Shown: positions 20,701 through 31,545 of the stretch, piece by piece
Position numbering within the stretch: the stretch's first letter is position 1
Layout of the letters: every line of letters begins with the position of its first letter
Source of the DNA: Callorhinchus milii
Lineage: Eukaryota
Length of the DNA stretch: 54,541 nucleotides
Assembly (NCBI RefSeq): GCF_018977255.1
Contig: NW_024705318.1
Location: forward strand, 1-54,541
Reading direction: 5' to 3'
Notes under the pieces: model-generated
Seen by the model: the letters and a program-made list of their open reading frames with translations, nothing else
What the model was told of the DNA's origin: nothing
Databases searched by the model: none
Translations under genes and position numbers: made by a program

Positions 20701-23700
20701 TCAGTACTGTTCAGCTAAGTGGCTTTTCCATACACCTAAAGCCTTCGTTTGCAGAGGATCTCGAGTCTTGTGTGGAGCTTTTCTCCGGCGCTCTACCCAT
20801 TGCATCCTTTTCAGGTTGGGTTGCAGACGACTGTAATTGTACAGTGTTCCAATGAGCTTCCCGTTGTATTCTCGGGGGTGGGTGGGGGGGCGGTTGTGGG
20901 AGGTGGGGTGAGATACTATGGCCAGAGGTGGTGTTCACCATGTGGAATGGCCACTTTCGACATTCCCGAGAAAGAGGCAGAACAAACCCAAATCATCGAG
21001 CGCGGTCCGCGCGACGTCCTCCGAAAACCCTCGGCGGGTGGCAACTCCAGGAGGGATCGCCCGAATGAGCACCGCGAAGGTTTAGGAGGCGTTCGGGACC
21101 CCTTCGTGTAGTTGGGCCACTACTTTCAAGTTGCGGTGGTGTGGAGCCCTGCACTTGTGGCAGCGCTGCCTTGGTTTAAAAGCAAAATGTTGCTGGAAGC
21201 TTTTCACACTTTGCAAAGATGTAACAGGGTTTGACTTTCCTTGGTTCCAGTTCATCCAACGTCCTTAGCTCGTGCACTGTCGATTTCGACTGGTTTCCAC
21301 GGAATGGGATTTACTCCTTCACATATGTTCCGATATGAAGCAAAACCTTATGATTGGGGGTTGGGAGGGGGGGAGAGGGAGGGAGGAGAAGGGCGATGTC
21401 GCTGTCTGAATCTTGTACAGAAATGTTCTTGAGCAAAGTTGTAACAGCCGAGAGTGCCTCGTTCCTATCCTTGTTTGTGTAAGTGCCCTCTTTTTTTTTT
21501 CTCTCTCTCTGGGGCGCGGTCCACGGCGGTGCGTTTCACTCTCGATGGGGGGCATATTTGTCTTTCTGTCTCGCTTTTGATATTTTTTTTGAGGGGGGGG
21601 GGGGAAAATACAATTCCGGTTCATTCGCTCGCCGAGGAACGCGCGTGGCCGCCCGTCTCCAGCTTCCAGAAAGATGTTAGGCGGTTTCGCTATCGGTTCG
21701 CATTGTTAATTTACCCTTTTTTTTAACTTCCTTTCCACCCTCGTTAACGGATCGCGTTGCGGAACTCGCCTTTTTGCAGCTAATTAATGCCTTCGATCGT
21801 TTTGCGTGAAGTGAATCCCACCAGCTGGCAAGTGCCCTTTTGCCTTGGTTGCTCCTTACTTAGCTGCGGTGGTAAACAACTAACTACCAGTTGCATATTG
21901 ACTACAGTTTACTGCTTGTAATCCATTGCCACCCTGACGTCCAGCTCTTTTTTTTTTTAATGAATAAAATGGGGCTCGGGGCTTGGCGTGCTTTTGCAGA
22001 GCAGCGTGTTACTTGGTCTATTGCGGCAAACAGCCAGTGTCGACCGAGGCTAAAGGATATCTCGGCCGCTCATAAATGCTGAGGCGGTGCTCATTCACCC
22101 CCACAAGACATTCTTTTCCGAATAGCCGTGTGCTTCGCCGCCGCCTGACTCGAGTAAAGCGCTTTAATAAAATGCGCCCTGCATTCTCTCACGAGGCAAA
22201 CGAGTGGAAAGTCAAACCTGAGCTTTTATTTTTGACAGCCCAAACCGTTGACTGTAAATTTGAACTGCATGGAATTAATTGACCAGCCTTTCTGGTTTCC
22301 ATTGAATTCTTTCCATTACTGATGCACTGCAGAATGGGATTTGTGTGTTAATAAAAAAAAAAAGAAAGTCCTGTCCCGAATCTAATCCTGACGTGCATTG
22401 TTCACCTTTTTTTACTGTGCACACTTAGTGCAGTACTGCTATTATATAATGCCTTTGAGATGAATGTTGCGTTGCCTGCAAATTGAAATCAATGCTGACT
22501 TTCAGCCGGGTGGCATTCCTCGTTCGATGTGGGGAGCGGTTTGGTGGCTTTGTGGGGGGGCGGGGGGGGCAATTGTGACTTATTTTTGTGTGCCCGAGAT
22601 CCATTTTCGCGGTTAAATGTTGCGGCTAGCACTAAAGAGCGAAGTTGATTTTAAGCTTTGTTTTGTTGGCATTATATAATAAAAACCATTTGCTGGGTAA
22701 GGGCACACACAGTGCAGCAAACTAGGCAGATCTTTGTGGAGAAGCAAACAACAAACTTTCCTCATGTCACAAGAACAAGAGCAAAATACATCCATCCAGC
22801 GTGCCATACATTGACTTTCCAAGATATTCCCTGCAGCCACCGCGACCCGACATGCCATGATTTACATACTGTGAGGCCACTCCACCATTTCCCTGACTTC
22901 AGAAGTGAAGGTAATGGAGGTAAACAAAATGAGGCACATTCGCAAGAGATGTAACTGTGTCCACTTGCAAGAACTCTTCCGGTACGAGGTCAAAAAAAAA
23001 ATCAAAAAAACAAACCAAACCCAAAAAAAAAAACACTGCCTCGCACGAACTGACACAGAATTTGGGGCGTTTGAACCCCCTCACTTTTGCTTAGAGGCGT
23101 TTGTGATCCTAAGGCGAGTGGGTTTACACAGCGCTCTGGACGCACATGCTGAATATCCTACCTACCTACCAACCAACCTACCTAACCTGCTGAAACCCCA
23201 CCAGTCTCTACACTCCTACATTTCAGAGAACAACATTCAGGTATCTGCCATAAGCAGGTGCTACTCGGCAACACGCAGCTTCACCAGGAGGGAGAAAAGG
23301 CACATTGTGTGAGGCACATGACTGCAGCCATTTTGCGACACATTCCCAAATGGTACACCACTTCCATTTTGGACACCTATGTGTGGGAGATGTACACAGA
23401 TCCTTACCAAGTAAGTCTCGCCACCACAGAGCCCAAGACCAACACATCCAACACTAAGGAGAGCGACATGGAGCAACACTTGAGTCTCATATTCACAAGC
23501 TTTTACAGAACCATTTTTGACATCTGTGGAAGAATCTCTTTTACCTGAACGTTGACTGTTTTTTTTTTAAAAAAAAAGACACTTGTGTTAAATGGAATTG
23601 TTAGAAGCTGGTTCTTTGCGTCATGTACAAATTTCTATTCATTACTGTAAAACCATGTAATGCAGGGTTGAAGCATATGTTTGATGGGCCGCCATCTTTC

Positions 23701-26700
23701 AGAACTGCAATAAGTTGCTGTTGAAGCATTGGGTGGTAAGGAAAAAATGCAGAAATGTTGTGCACATGGACGTTGTACTCTAACTCTGGCTGTAAGTAGA
23801 CCTTTTTATGCCTTGTACCTTTGTGCCAATAGATCTGTTTAGACTTTGATGNTTTTTTTATATATTACTGTATGAATCTGATCGCTTTTAATGATATTGT
23901 ATAGTTCTTTGTGTATACTGTTATCAACGGGACAAATTGTAAATGGTTCTAATGTTGTACTGGTTTTCTTCTCTTGCTGTTTCCTCTTTGTAACTGTTTA
24001 TGACACTTGTAAATTGTCCTTGCGAAAGTTGTGTTTGATTGCTCAGCGGCAGCTCTGTGCAGTGCTAACCTTTATTTCTTTTCCCCCTCTCTTCCCACGC
24101 CCCTCTTTGTTTTTTTTTCCCCCCCTCCTGCAGGAGATCCCAACAAGCGCCCGAGGCAACCCGCTCTACTTGGGGATCATCCATCTGAATTTGGTGAGTT
24201 TGAATTTGTGGCGTAGTGGTTAGGGCGCTCGCAACGCAGGGGAGAGGACCCCCGGGCACGACAAAACCTTAGTCAAGTTTCCTTACTCCACACCCAGTTG
24301 TTAGTCGTTCGGCAGATGGCTTTTTTCCGGGTTTAACCCTCGCCAATCTTGTTTCTTGTATCAGCGACTTTCTTCGGACAGTGTGCTGGCTAAGGTTGAG
24401 CATTGGTTCAATAATGAAAAGTAAGTAGTAGTAATAATAATTTGGTCACTCAATTCACGACTGTTGTGTTTCGCCCACAAAACATAGTCAATTCGCTGCA
24501 GTATATTCCGCGAAGCGCTTTTGAGACGTCTCGAAGACGTGATAAGTCGCAATATCAAATGCAAGGATTTTTATTATTAATACACACTCGGCCTATTCGG
24601 CCCGAAACAAATGTCCTATCATTTCTACCCTCGCACTCCCTACTTTCTTCGTGGGTAACGAACCAGTGGTAAAATGTAGTTTTGAGTATTCTAGCGCGCG
24701 GTTAAATTAACTTTGAGTCGCTGTATAATCTGCTGGAGGTTTTCCACACGATAGAGGACGAGTTTTAAACCAAGTTTGCTTTGCTTTTCAGGAGCCCCAC
24801 AAGGTGGTTACAGTCATTATCCTGAGGAAGATTACGGCCCACCTGCCCATTATGAACGGCGGAGGATGGGGGGACCCCCTCCAGTAGGGGGTCCCCACAG
24901 GGGTCCCAGCCAGCGCTACGGCCCTCAGTACGGCCCGCCGCCTCCACCCCCACCTCCGGAGTACGGCCCCCAAGCCGAGAGTCCCGTGCTGATGATTTAC
25001 GGCCTGGAACCTGCCAGGATGAATTGTGACCGAGTCTTCAACATCCTGTGTCTGTACGGGAATGTGGAGAAGGTGCGTAGGCTATAGAGACTGGTCATTT
25101 TGCTCTGAAAACGGTGGCTAAGGCTCCTCCTCATGTTCGGGGTTGGTTGGTGATGAGTGTTGTGTTGGAAACCCTGACTAGTCAGTCCTATGCGCACGCG
25201 GTGGTTAGAGCGATCGGCTCGCAACCGCAACAGCTAATATTTGTACAGTGCCTTGCGGGAGGGCGTCCCAAGGCGCTGGACGGTCAGGGTTTTGGACCCG
25301 AGCCGGGGGTTGGGACCAGGAGTGGTGGAGGGTGGGGTTGCACACTGTCTTATTTGTCTCTCTCTTTGCAGGTGAAGTTTATGAAGAGCAAGCCTGGGGC
25401 TGCTATGGTCGAGATGGGAGATGGGTTCGCAGTGGATCGAGCAATCACTCACTTAAATAACAATTACATGTTTGATCAGAAGCTAAATGTTTGGTAGGTA
25501 ATTTGTACCTTCACGTTCGGGGCAGGGGGCTTGTTTGCTGGGTAGGTTTCTTTGGGAAGGGGGACCTAGAGGGTGGGGAGGTGTTGACCGGGCACGGTCG
25601 AAGAGGAACACCTTCAGGTGCGACTTGAAGATGGGGGCACGGCGGAGGGATGGAGGGGGGGGGAGTGTTCCAGAGTTTCAGTGTGTAGTGGCTTCATCGA
25701 CATTTGTTCCTGGGGGTTAGTCCAGCTTCAGTGTGGAGCTGGGGGTGCGTTGTATTACGGATGGTGACGTGCTTCGGGTGAGACCTGGAACCGAGCCACC
25801 CAACAGGGGAGCGGGTGATGAACTACGACGTGGGTGGAGGGGGGGGGGGTTGGGCAGAGGGCGGTGTGGCTCCTCTGTAAGCGCTCGGTGCTGACCGTCG
25901 GTGTGTCTGTGTGTGTGTGTGTGTGTGTGCGTGTCTGCTCACAGCGTATCCAAGCAGCAGTGCATCATGGCCGGCCAGTCCTACGAGCTGGAAGACGGCA
26001 GCTGCAGCTTTAAGGATTTCACCGGTTCCAGGAACAACCGGTTCACGACTCCCGAGCAGGCCAGCAAGAACCGCATCCAACACCCCAGCAACGTGCTGCA
26101 TTACTTCAACGCTCCTCCCGAGGTGTCCGAGGAGGCTTTCTACGAAGTACGTAGCGGCTCGGCTCCCTTTGCGTCGTCGGGTCGTCGGCCGCCGCGTTTC
26201 GCCCGCGGAACGTTACAGTCAATTCGCTTCGCGGTGTGTGCTGTGAAGCGCTTTGAGCCGTCTCGGAGACGTGATCAGGCGCTGTATCAAGTGCCGTTGC
26301 TATTAATTTCCTTTGTCGCCGGCGGCCTAACTCCCCAACGCGGCGCTGGGTGTCAAAGGTGCTGTGCTTTGGGTGAGGCGTTCAAGGCTAGGTTCCAACC
26401 GCCTGTTCGGATGGACGTTAATAAAATAATAATAATACTTGCGTTTCATACGACACTGTTGAGACTTCACGCAATATACTCTTCCAACAGTGGGTTGACT
26501 GTTTTGCGGGCGAAACGCGGCAGCCGCCTGCGCGCAGCGGTGTCTCGCAAGCAGTCGTGGAATCAAATTATTATTTTTTTTGCCGTGAGTTATTGCCCCC
26601 CGGGAAAGAAATCTGCCAGTCGACTAACAGCCGGGTTCCAATTTACTGCTGGGTGAACAGGCGTGCGCGCGTGTGTGTGGAGTAAGGAAAATTGCCCAAC

Positions 26701-27847
26701 GTTTTGCCCTGACCTGGAATCGAAGCCAAGTCCTCTGCTTGCGAGGCTAACCATTACACTGAAAGATCTCGGGTGCACCATTCAGGGGGGAAAAAAAAAA
26801 ACCTCATTGAACACACCCGTTGGCGGGAGGTGGGAATTCTTAACTCTTCCATCGGCGGGAAGGATTGTACGGTTTCTGGAAACTCGGGGTGTGTGAGCTC
26901 CCGGTTGGGGGGGGGTGGGGGGGGGAAGGCGCTGAACGCCGCAGCCTCCCGTTTTGAGTCGAAAGCTGCCCGAGCCCCTCGTCTGCGGGGGAAATCGGGT
27001 TGGGGGGTCCCTGGTGGGGATGTCTCTGTGACGTATCTTCTCTTCTCTTGTGTGTTCCAGGTCTGCGATGAGCTGATTTTGAAGCGGCCAGTGGCATTCA
27101 AATTATTTTCAGGCAAGAGTGAGTACTTTTAAGATGTCTGTGGTGTGGTCTGGTCTCGCTGTCTGTTAGGGCTTTGGCCTGCAGGGCTAACGGGCTGCTG
27201 CGGGGTAAGAGTCACCGCTCCCAGTGACTGCTTCCCCCTGTTCAAGTCCTGCTGATGAGCCGAACCGAGTTGGTTTATCGTCATCAGTGCCCTGGAGTCC
27301 TGTCCTGCAGACAAGTCTGGCTCAGGGACTGGGCTTCAGAGAGAGACTGCCATCCCATGCAGACACTACAGAGTTATTGGCCCATCTTGAACCCCCCCCC
27401 CCTCCCCCCTCCCACCCACCTATATAACAGCACTAGATGAAGGGAAGGTCCATCCAGTTTGCCTTCCACTATCCTCACATGTTGTTTCCCAAACTATATA
27501 CTGAATCCCCCGATATTGTTTCCTTCCAGAAACCTTGTCTCATTTGTTCCTGAAAGAATCGACACTTTCTACTTCCTCCATCTCCCTAGTAGTATACATT
27601 TACTACTCTCCCACTGTTGTATAGTAGTGTTTCAGTTTTTTTAATATATATATATGTTGTGTGTGTATGTGTTGTGTGTGTATATATCAGCAAAAAGTCG
27701 TGATATCTGTAATAATGATCCTCGCATTTGATATAGCGCCTTATCGCGTCTTTGCGACGTCTCAAAACCTTTCACAGAAATACCTAAAGAACCCCCCCTC
27801 AAATGTCATTATTTCTTTGTAATGGTATCACAACTTTTTGGTTATTC

Positions 27848-27904
<57 letters not shown>

Positions 27905-28655
27905 ATACATAAGTAGTGTTATTTGTGTTATGTATATATATATATTGTGATATATATATACGCAGAAATGTCTTCCTTAACTTTTCCGACTGACTTGGAA
28001 GTATGTTGTTGAAGCGTGGATGTGCAGCTTCGCCTTGAATCCAGCCCGTTTCCTCTCGCAGGTGAAAGAAGTTCCTCGGGCCTGATCGAGTGGGACTCCA
28101 AGAACGATGCCGTGGAAGCCCTGGCTCTGCTCAATCACTTTCAGATGAAGAACCCAAGTACGTGATTCTTCAGAGGGAAAGATTGGAATGGGGGCGTTTT
28201 AATGCGCGCCCGTTTATTTGGGGCTTAAAAAGCAGTTCCGTCGCCGGGAACCACACCAGCAGGTCAGGCGAAAGGGGTGAGAAGGCGACGGAAAAGTCGG
28301 GTGGGGGAGGATTCAGGAGCTGACGGGGGTCGGTCGGTGCCGGTGATGGCGGAAGGCGACAGTGGGAGGTTATGAGGAAGAAAAGCTATGTCTTCGAGAA
28401 CCAGGGGATGTGCGAATGGTGGTAGAGGAAGGAGGTGGGGTGGGTTGGGGGGGAGGGCCAGGCTGAGAGGAGGTGGTCCGGGTCTGCACGTCAGGCGTCG
28501 CCGCCGTTGGGCGCTGCCCCGCACGGAGGGCGCCGTGCGAGCGCGTCGGGTCGGCTGTCGTGTTCGCGTCTTGACTTGTGTTTCTCCCTTCACCAGGCGG
28601 ACCGTACCCGTACACCCTGAAGCTCTGCTTCTCCACTGTGCAACACGCAGCGTAA
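14706..28655 (+). CDS. HNRNPL: Heterogeneous nuclear ribonucleoprotein L (4 RRMs), complete, 544 aa
   Basis: join(14706..14843, 16623..16747, 17487..17724, 18418..18503, 19208..19304, 19428..19500, 24134..24193, 24792..25072, 25372..25493, 25945..26146, 27061..27118, 28062..28157, 28597..28655) = 1635 nt, with phases consistent. Diagnostic peptides: [116 protein letters not shown]. An alternative in-frame ATG lies at 14763. Confidence 0.96.
15545..16335 (+). repeat. Minisatellite in HNRNPL intron 1, about 11 units of 65-85 bp
   Basis: CTCATGGCCTCTT recurs 11 times, usually followed by a poly-C run, AACAAAAACAC(AC)n and AGCGTCTCTGT. Confidence 0.9.
18504..19207 (+). other. U12-type (minor spliceosome) AT-AC intron, HNRNPL intron 4
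   Basis: 5' end ATATCCTT at 18504, branch site TCCTTAAC at 19191-19198, and terminal AC at 19206-19207. Splicing restores MVE|FDSVQ in frame. Confidence 0.95.
18706..19048 (+). mobile_element. Degenerate SINE inside the U12 intron
   Basis: Head GGTTAGAGCACTCGCCTCGCAAGCG and tail AAGCGCTTTGAGACATC...AAATGC...TTATTATT. Confidence 0.7.
22690..23530 (+). promoter_or_regulatory. CA-rich cluster (hnRNP L binding, autoregulatory splicing enhancer) in HNRNPL intron 6
   Basis: Dense ACAC/CACA/ACAT motifs (gcacacacag, aatacatccatcc, ccatacatt, tttacatac, ctacactcctacatt, gtacacacc-like, aacacatccaacac) in otherwise T-rich intron, directly upstream of the poison exon. This matches the known mammalian HNRNPL intron-6 architecture. 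Confidence 0.8.
23666..23735 (+). other. HNRNPL: HNRNPL poison exon 6A (70 nt, NMD-inducing)
   Basis: gcag|GGTTGAAGCATATGTTTGATGGGCCGCCATCTTTCAGAACTG...GGGTG|gtaagg. Read in phase 1 after exon 6, it reaches TGA at 23722-23724. Size and position match the known 70-nt mammalian exon 6A. Confidence 0.9.
24205..24580 (+). mobile_element. SINE copy
   Basis: Head, AAGTTTCCTTACTCCACAC core and tail. Confidence 0.75.
26422..26765 (-). mobile_element. SINE copy
   Basis: Reverse-complement head and core with (AAT)n tail. Confidence 0.75.
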
Positions 28656-29163
28656 CGGCTCCATCCCGATCTTAACACCCGGTGCGGCGGCCGGGCCGGG
28701 CGGGCGGGGCGGGGCGGGCCGGGGCGGGCGGGCGGGTGGGCTGCGAGTCATCCTCTTGTGTCTGTATTTTTTTTTAGTATTTTTATGCTGAGTTGCTAAC
28801 TCCAGTACAGTTACTCCCTTTCATTCTTGGTCCCGATTTCCGAACCTAATCATAATCCTCTTGTTTTTTTTTTCTCTCTCTCTCCCCCCACCCACCCCCT
28901 CCCTCCTCACCACCCTCTTTCCCCACCCACCCCACCCCCCTCACCCCCTTTTTTTTTTTTAATTTTAATTTGGCAAGACGATGTATTAAGTTGGGGACAT
29001 TTTAAAAAAGAAAAAAAAAAGAACGCGCGCGCGAGGCGTCGGTAAACGTAGACGTTCGAGCGGGCGAACCTTTTCATTCTTTTTTTAAATCGGTGTGTGA
29101 CGTGAGACGGGGAGGGGAGAGGGTGGGGGGGGGGCTGCAGAAATCTTGTTGGCACTACAGTTC

Positions 29164-29169
29164 AATAAA
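29164..29169 (+). terminator. Poly(A) signal of HNRNPL
   Basis: AATAAA about 510 nt after the stop codon, followed by GT-rich sequence. Confidence 0.7.
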
Positions 29170-29789
29170 ATTGATGACCGGTTTCAGAGGTCGGTCGGGG
29201 GCTGTGGTCTTTGCGTCGACGCCGCGCTTTATCCGAGGTCTCCGAAGCCCCCCCCCCCCCGCGCCCGCCCGCCCCAGAGAGAGAGAGCTCCAACCGTGTC
29301 ACCCACATGTCCGCGACTGTAAGGGGCTGCACACCCAACTTGATTGCATTTCTGGGGGCTGGCGGGGAGGGGGGGGGGGGTCAACGATCCCCTCCAACGA
29401 CAACAAAAGGAATCGGACGCTTCGATCCGTGGCCGGTTGCGGGGACGTCGCTGGGGCCCCGGTCGCCGCGCTTTACGGTGCGCCGTCCCCTGAAGCGCTC
29501 TGAGGCGCTGAGCGGTCAGGGATCGGGAGGGGTGGGGGCGAATAAAGGTGCGGTTGGTCAAAGAGGGCTGTCGTGAAGGTGGGGGGGGGGCGGGGGAGAG
29601 AGAGGGTAATCAGGTGGAGGGTGAGGCGGGGGCCGTGAAGCAGGTGCTGAGCGGCGGGGAGCGGGTGGGTGGGGGGGGGTTTAGGAAGGGGGTCACGGGG
29701 GGGGGGGGGCGTTAGCGTTGGGAGGGGCGGGTGTGGTGGTGGGGGTGTCACTGCTGAGATGGGGGGGGACGTGGGGTTGAGGTGGGAGG

Positions 29790-29970
29790 GTGGAGTGGGC
29801 GGAGTCTTATGACAGCGGTGTGGGCGGAGTCAGCGCCGAAGGGTGGGCGTGATCAGCGGCGTGGGCGGAGTCGGCGCCGGGTGGGAGGAGTCGGTGCCGG
29901 GTGGGAAGAGTCAGTGCCGGGTGGGAGGAGTCGGCGCCGGGTGGGAGGAGTCAGTGCCGGGTGGGCGGGA
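29790..29970 (+). promoter_or_regulatory. ECH1 proximal promoter: tandem GC-box-like 20-bp repeats
   Basis: Repeated GGGTGGG(A/C)GGAGTC(A/G)G(C/T)GCC and GGGCGGAGTC units immediately 5' of the candidate ATG at 29974. Confidence 0.55.
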
Positions 29971-29973
29971 CTG

Positions 29974-30001
29974 ATGGCGAGCCGGTGCCTGTGGCGGGTG
30001 T
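29974..30001 (+). CDS. ECH1: Probable ECH1 coding exon 1 (MASRCLWRV, start of a presequence-like peptide)
   Basis: ATG follows the GC boxes, the peptide is Arg-rich, and there is a phase-1 donor T|GTGAGT. It lies between the HNRNPL 3' end and the other ECH1 exons. Exon 2 was not found and is probably in a gap. Confidence 0.55.
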
Positions 30002-30134
30002 GTGAGTATCTCCCCGCGGCCTCTTCCCCCTCTCCCCCCCCCCCCGTCCCCAGGCCTCCCCGGGCGGGTCAGCGGCCACGGCAGCCCGAGGCTCAGCTCC
30101 TCACCGCGGCCTCGGGGTGGGGGGGTGGGTCACA

Positions 30135-30410
30135 CACACACACATGTACATACAACATGTACATACATACAGCACATACAACACACACACTATGTACATA
30201 CAACATGTACATACATACAGCGCATACAACACACACACTATGTACATACAACATGTACATACATACAGCACATACAACACACACACTATGTACATACAAC
30301 GTGTACATACATACAGCACATACAACACACACACTATGTACATACAACATGTACATACATACAACACACACAACACACACACTATGTACATACAACACAC
30401 ACACAACAGA
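30135..30410 (+). repeat. 48-bp CA-rich minisatellite, about 5.5 copies
   Basis: Unit ACACACACTATGTACATACAACATGTACATACATACAGCACATACAAC, seen as the 16-aa periodicity in the spurious ORFs. Confidence 0.9.
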
Positions 30411-31119
30411 CATAACACCCACAGGCACTACGCGGAACCTGCACCGAAACTACACGCGTGTGCGCGCAACCTGCACAGGAACGAGGTAGTGACTGTGTGC
30501 GCGCGTGCCTGTACATGCGCGTGTCCGGATGTGTGCCTGTGTGCGGGAGTCTGTGTGTGGGCGTGTCTGTGCGTGTGCGCCTGTGCGTTTGCGTGTCCGC
30601 GCGTGGAGTGGCGGAGACGTGCCCGAGGCTGCGCCCCGACCCGAGCCGAGCCGGGGGGGGGAGGCGAGGGCTCCAACCCCCTGAGCCGCAGCTTAGCTTC
30701 CGTTGCGTGTCGTCACGGGCGCGGCGTGTGGCACGCATGTTCCGCGTGCACAGCGGCGCCCGCGCCTTGCNNNNNNNNNNNNNNNNNNNNNNNNNTCTCT
30801 CACGCACACATACAGTCTCACAAGGAGAGAGAGAGAGACACACACACACACACACAGATGCACATACACACACACACACACACACACGCGCCCACAGCCG
30901 AACACACACAGCCGGAAAGGAAACACCGACCGGATGGCTTGGGGCGGGTGTAAATCACAACGGCTGGCGGCGCTCCGGCCCGCCAGGTCACCGCCACCAC
31001 CACCACAACAACAACAACGTGCATTTACGCAGCGCTCGCCTCACGCGGGATAGCGCCCCAGAGCGCCCGACGGCGGGTGGTGGGGGGGGGGAGGGAGGGA
31101 ACCAATCTCGAGCACTCAC

Positions 31120-31514
31120 CTCCTCCGACACACGCCCCGTGGACCGCGACGATGACCGGCTTCGGGCACTGCAACAACACGGGGGCGGAGAGGGCTTTTA
31201 CACCCGGCAGCGAACGCAGCCTCGAGCCCTGCGGCCCGCGCGCAGCCCGCGCGCAGCCCGCGCGCAGCCCGCGCTCGCTGCGCGCCAACCAACCGGCTCC
31301 TGCCAGCTTCACTGGATTACGCGCGTCACGTCCAACCCCCGCGACTGTTCGTGGGGGAGGTCGCCGGGCGCGATCGGCTGCCGGGTTTCGCCCTCGCACC
31401 GCACAGTCACTACACTTTGCGGTGTGTCCCGCCAAGCGCTTCGAGACGTCTCGAAGACGTGGTCGGGCGCCGGGTCACACGCCGGGATTGTTGTCAACCG
31501 AGGGGCGCGTGCGT

Positions 31515-31545
<31 letters not shown>

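Noticed and set aside
30054-30117. Possible extra ECH1 exon (LPGRVSGHGSPRLSSSPRPR) after CCCCAG
   Set aside because: It would need a 52-nt intron and a weak donor, and it has no recognisable homology.
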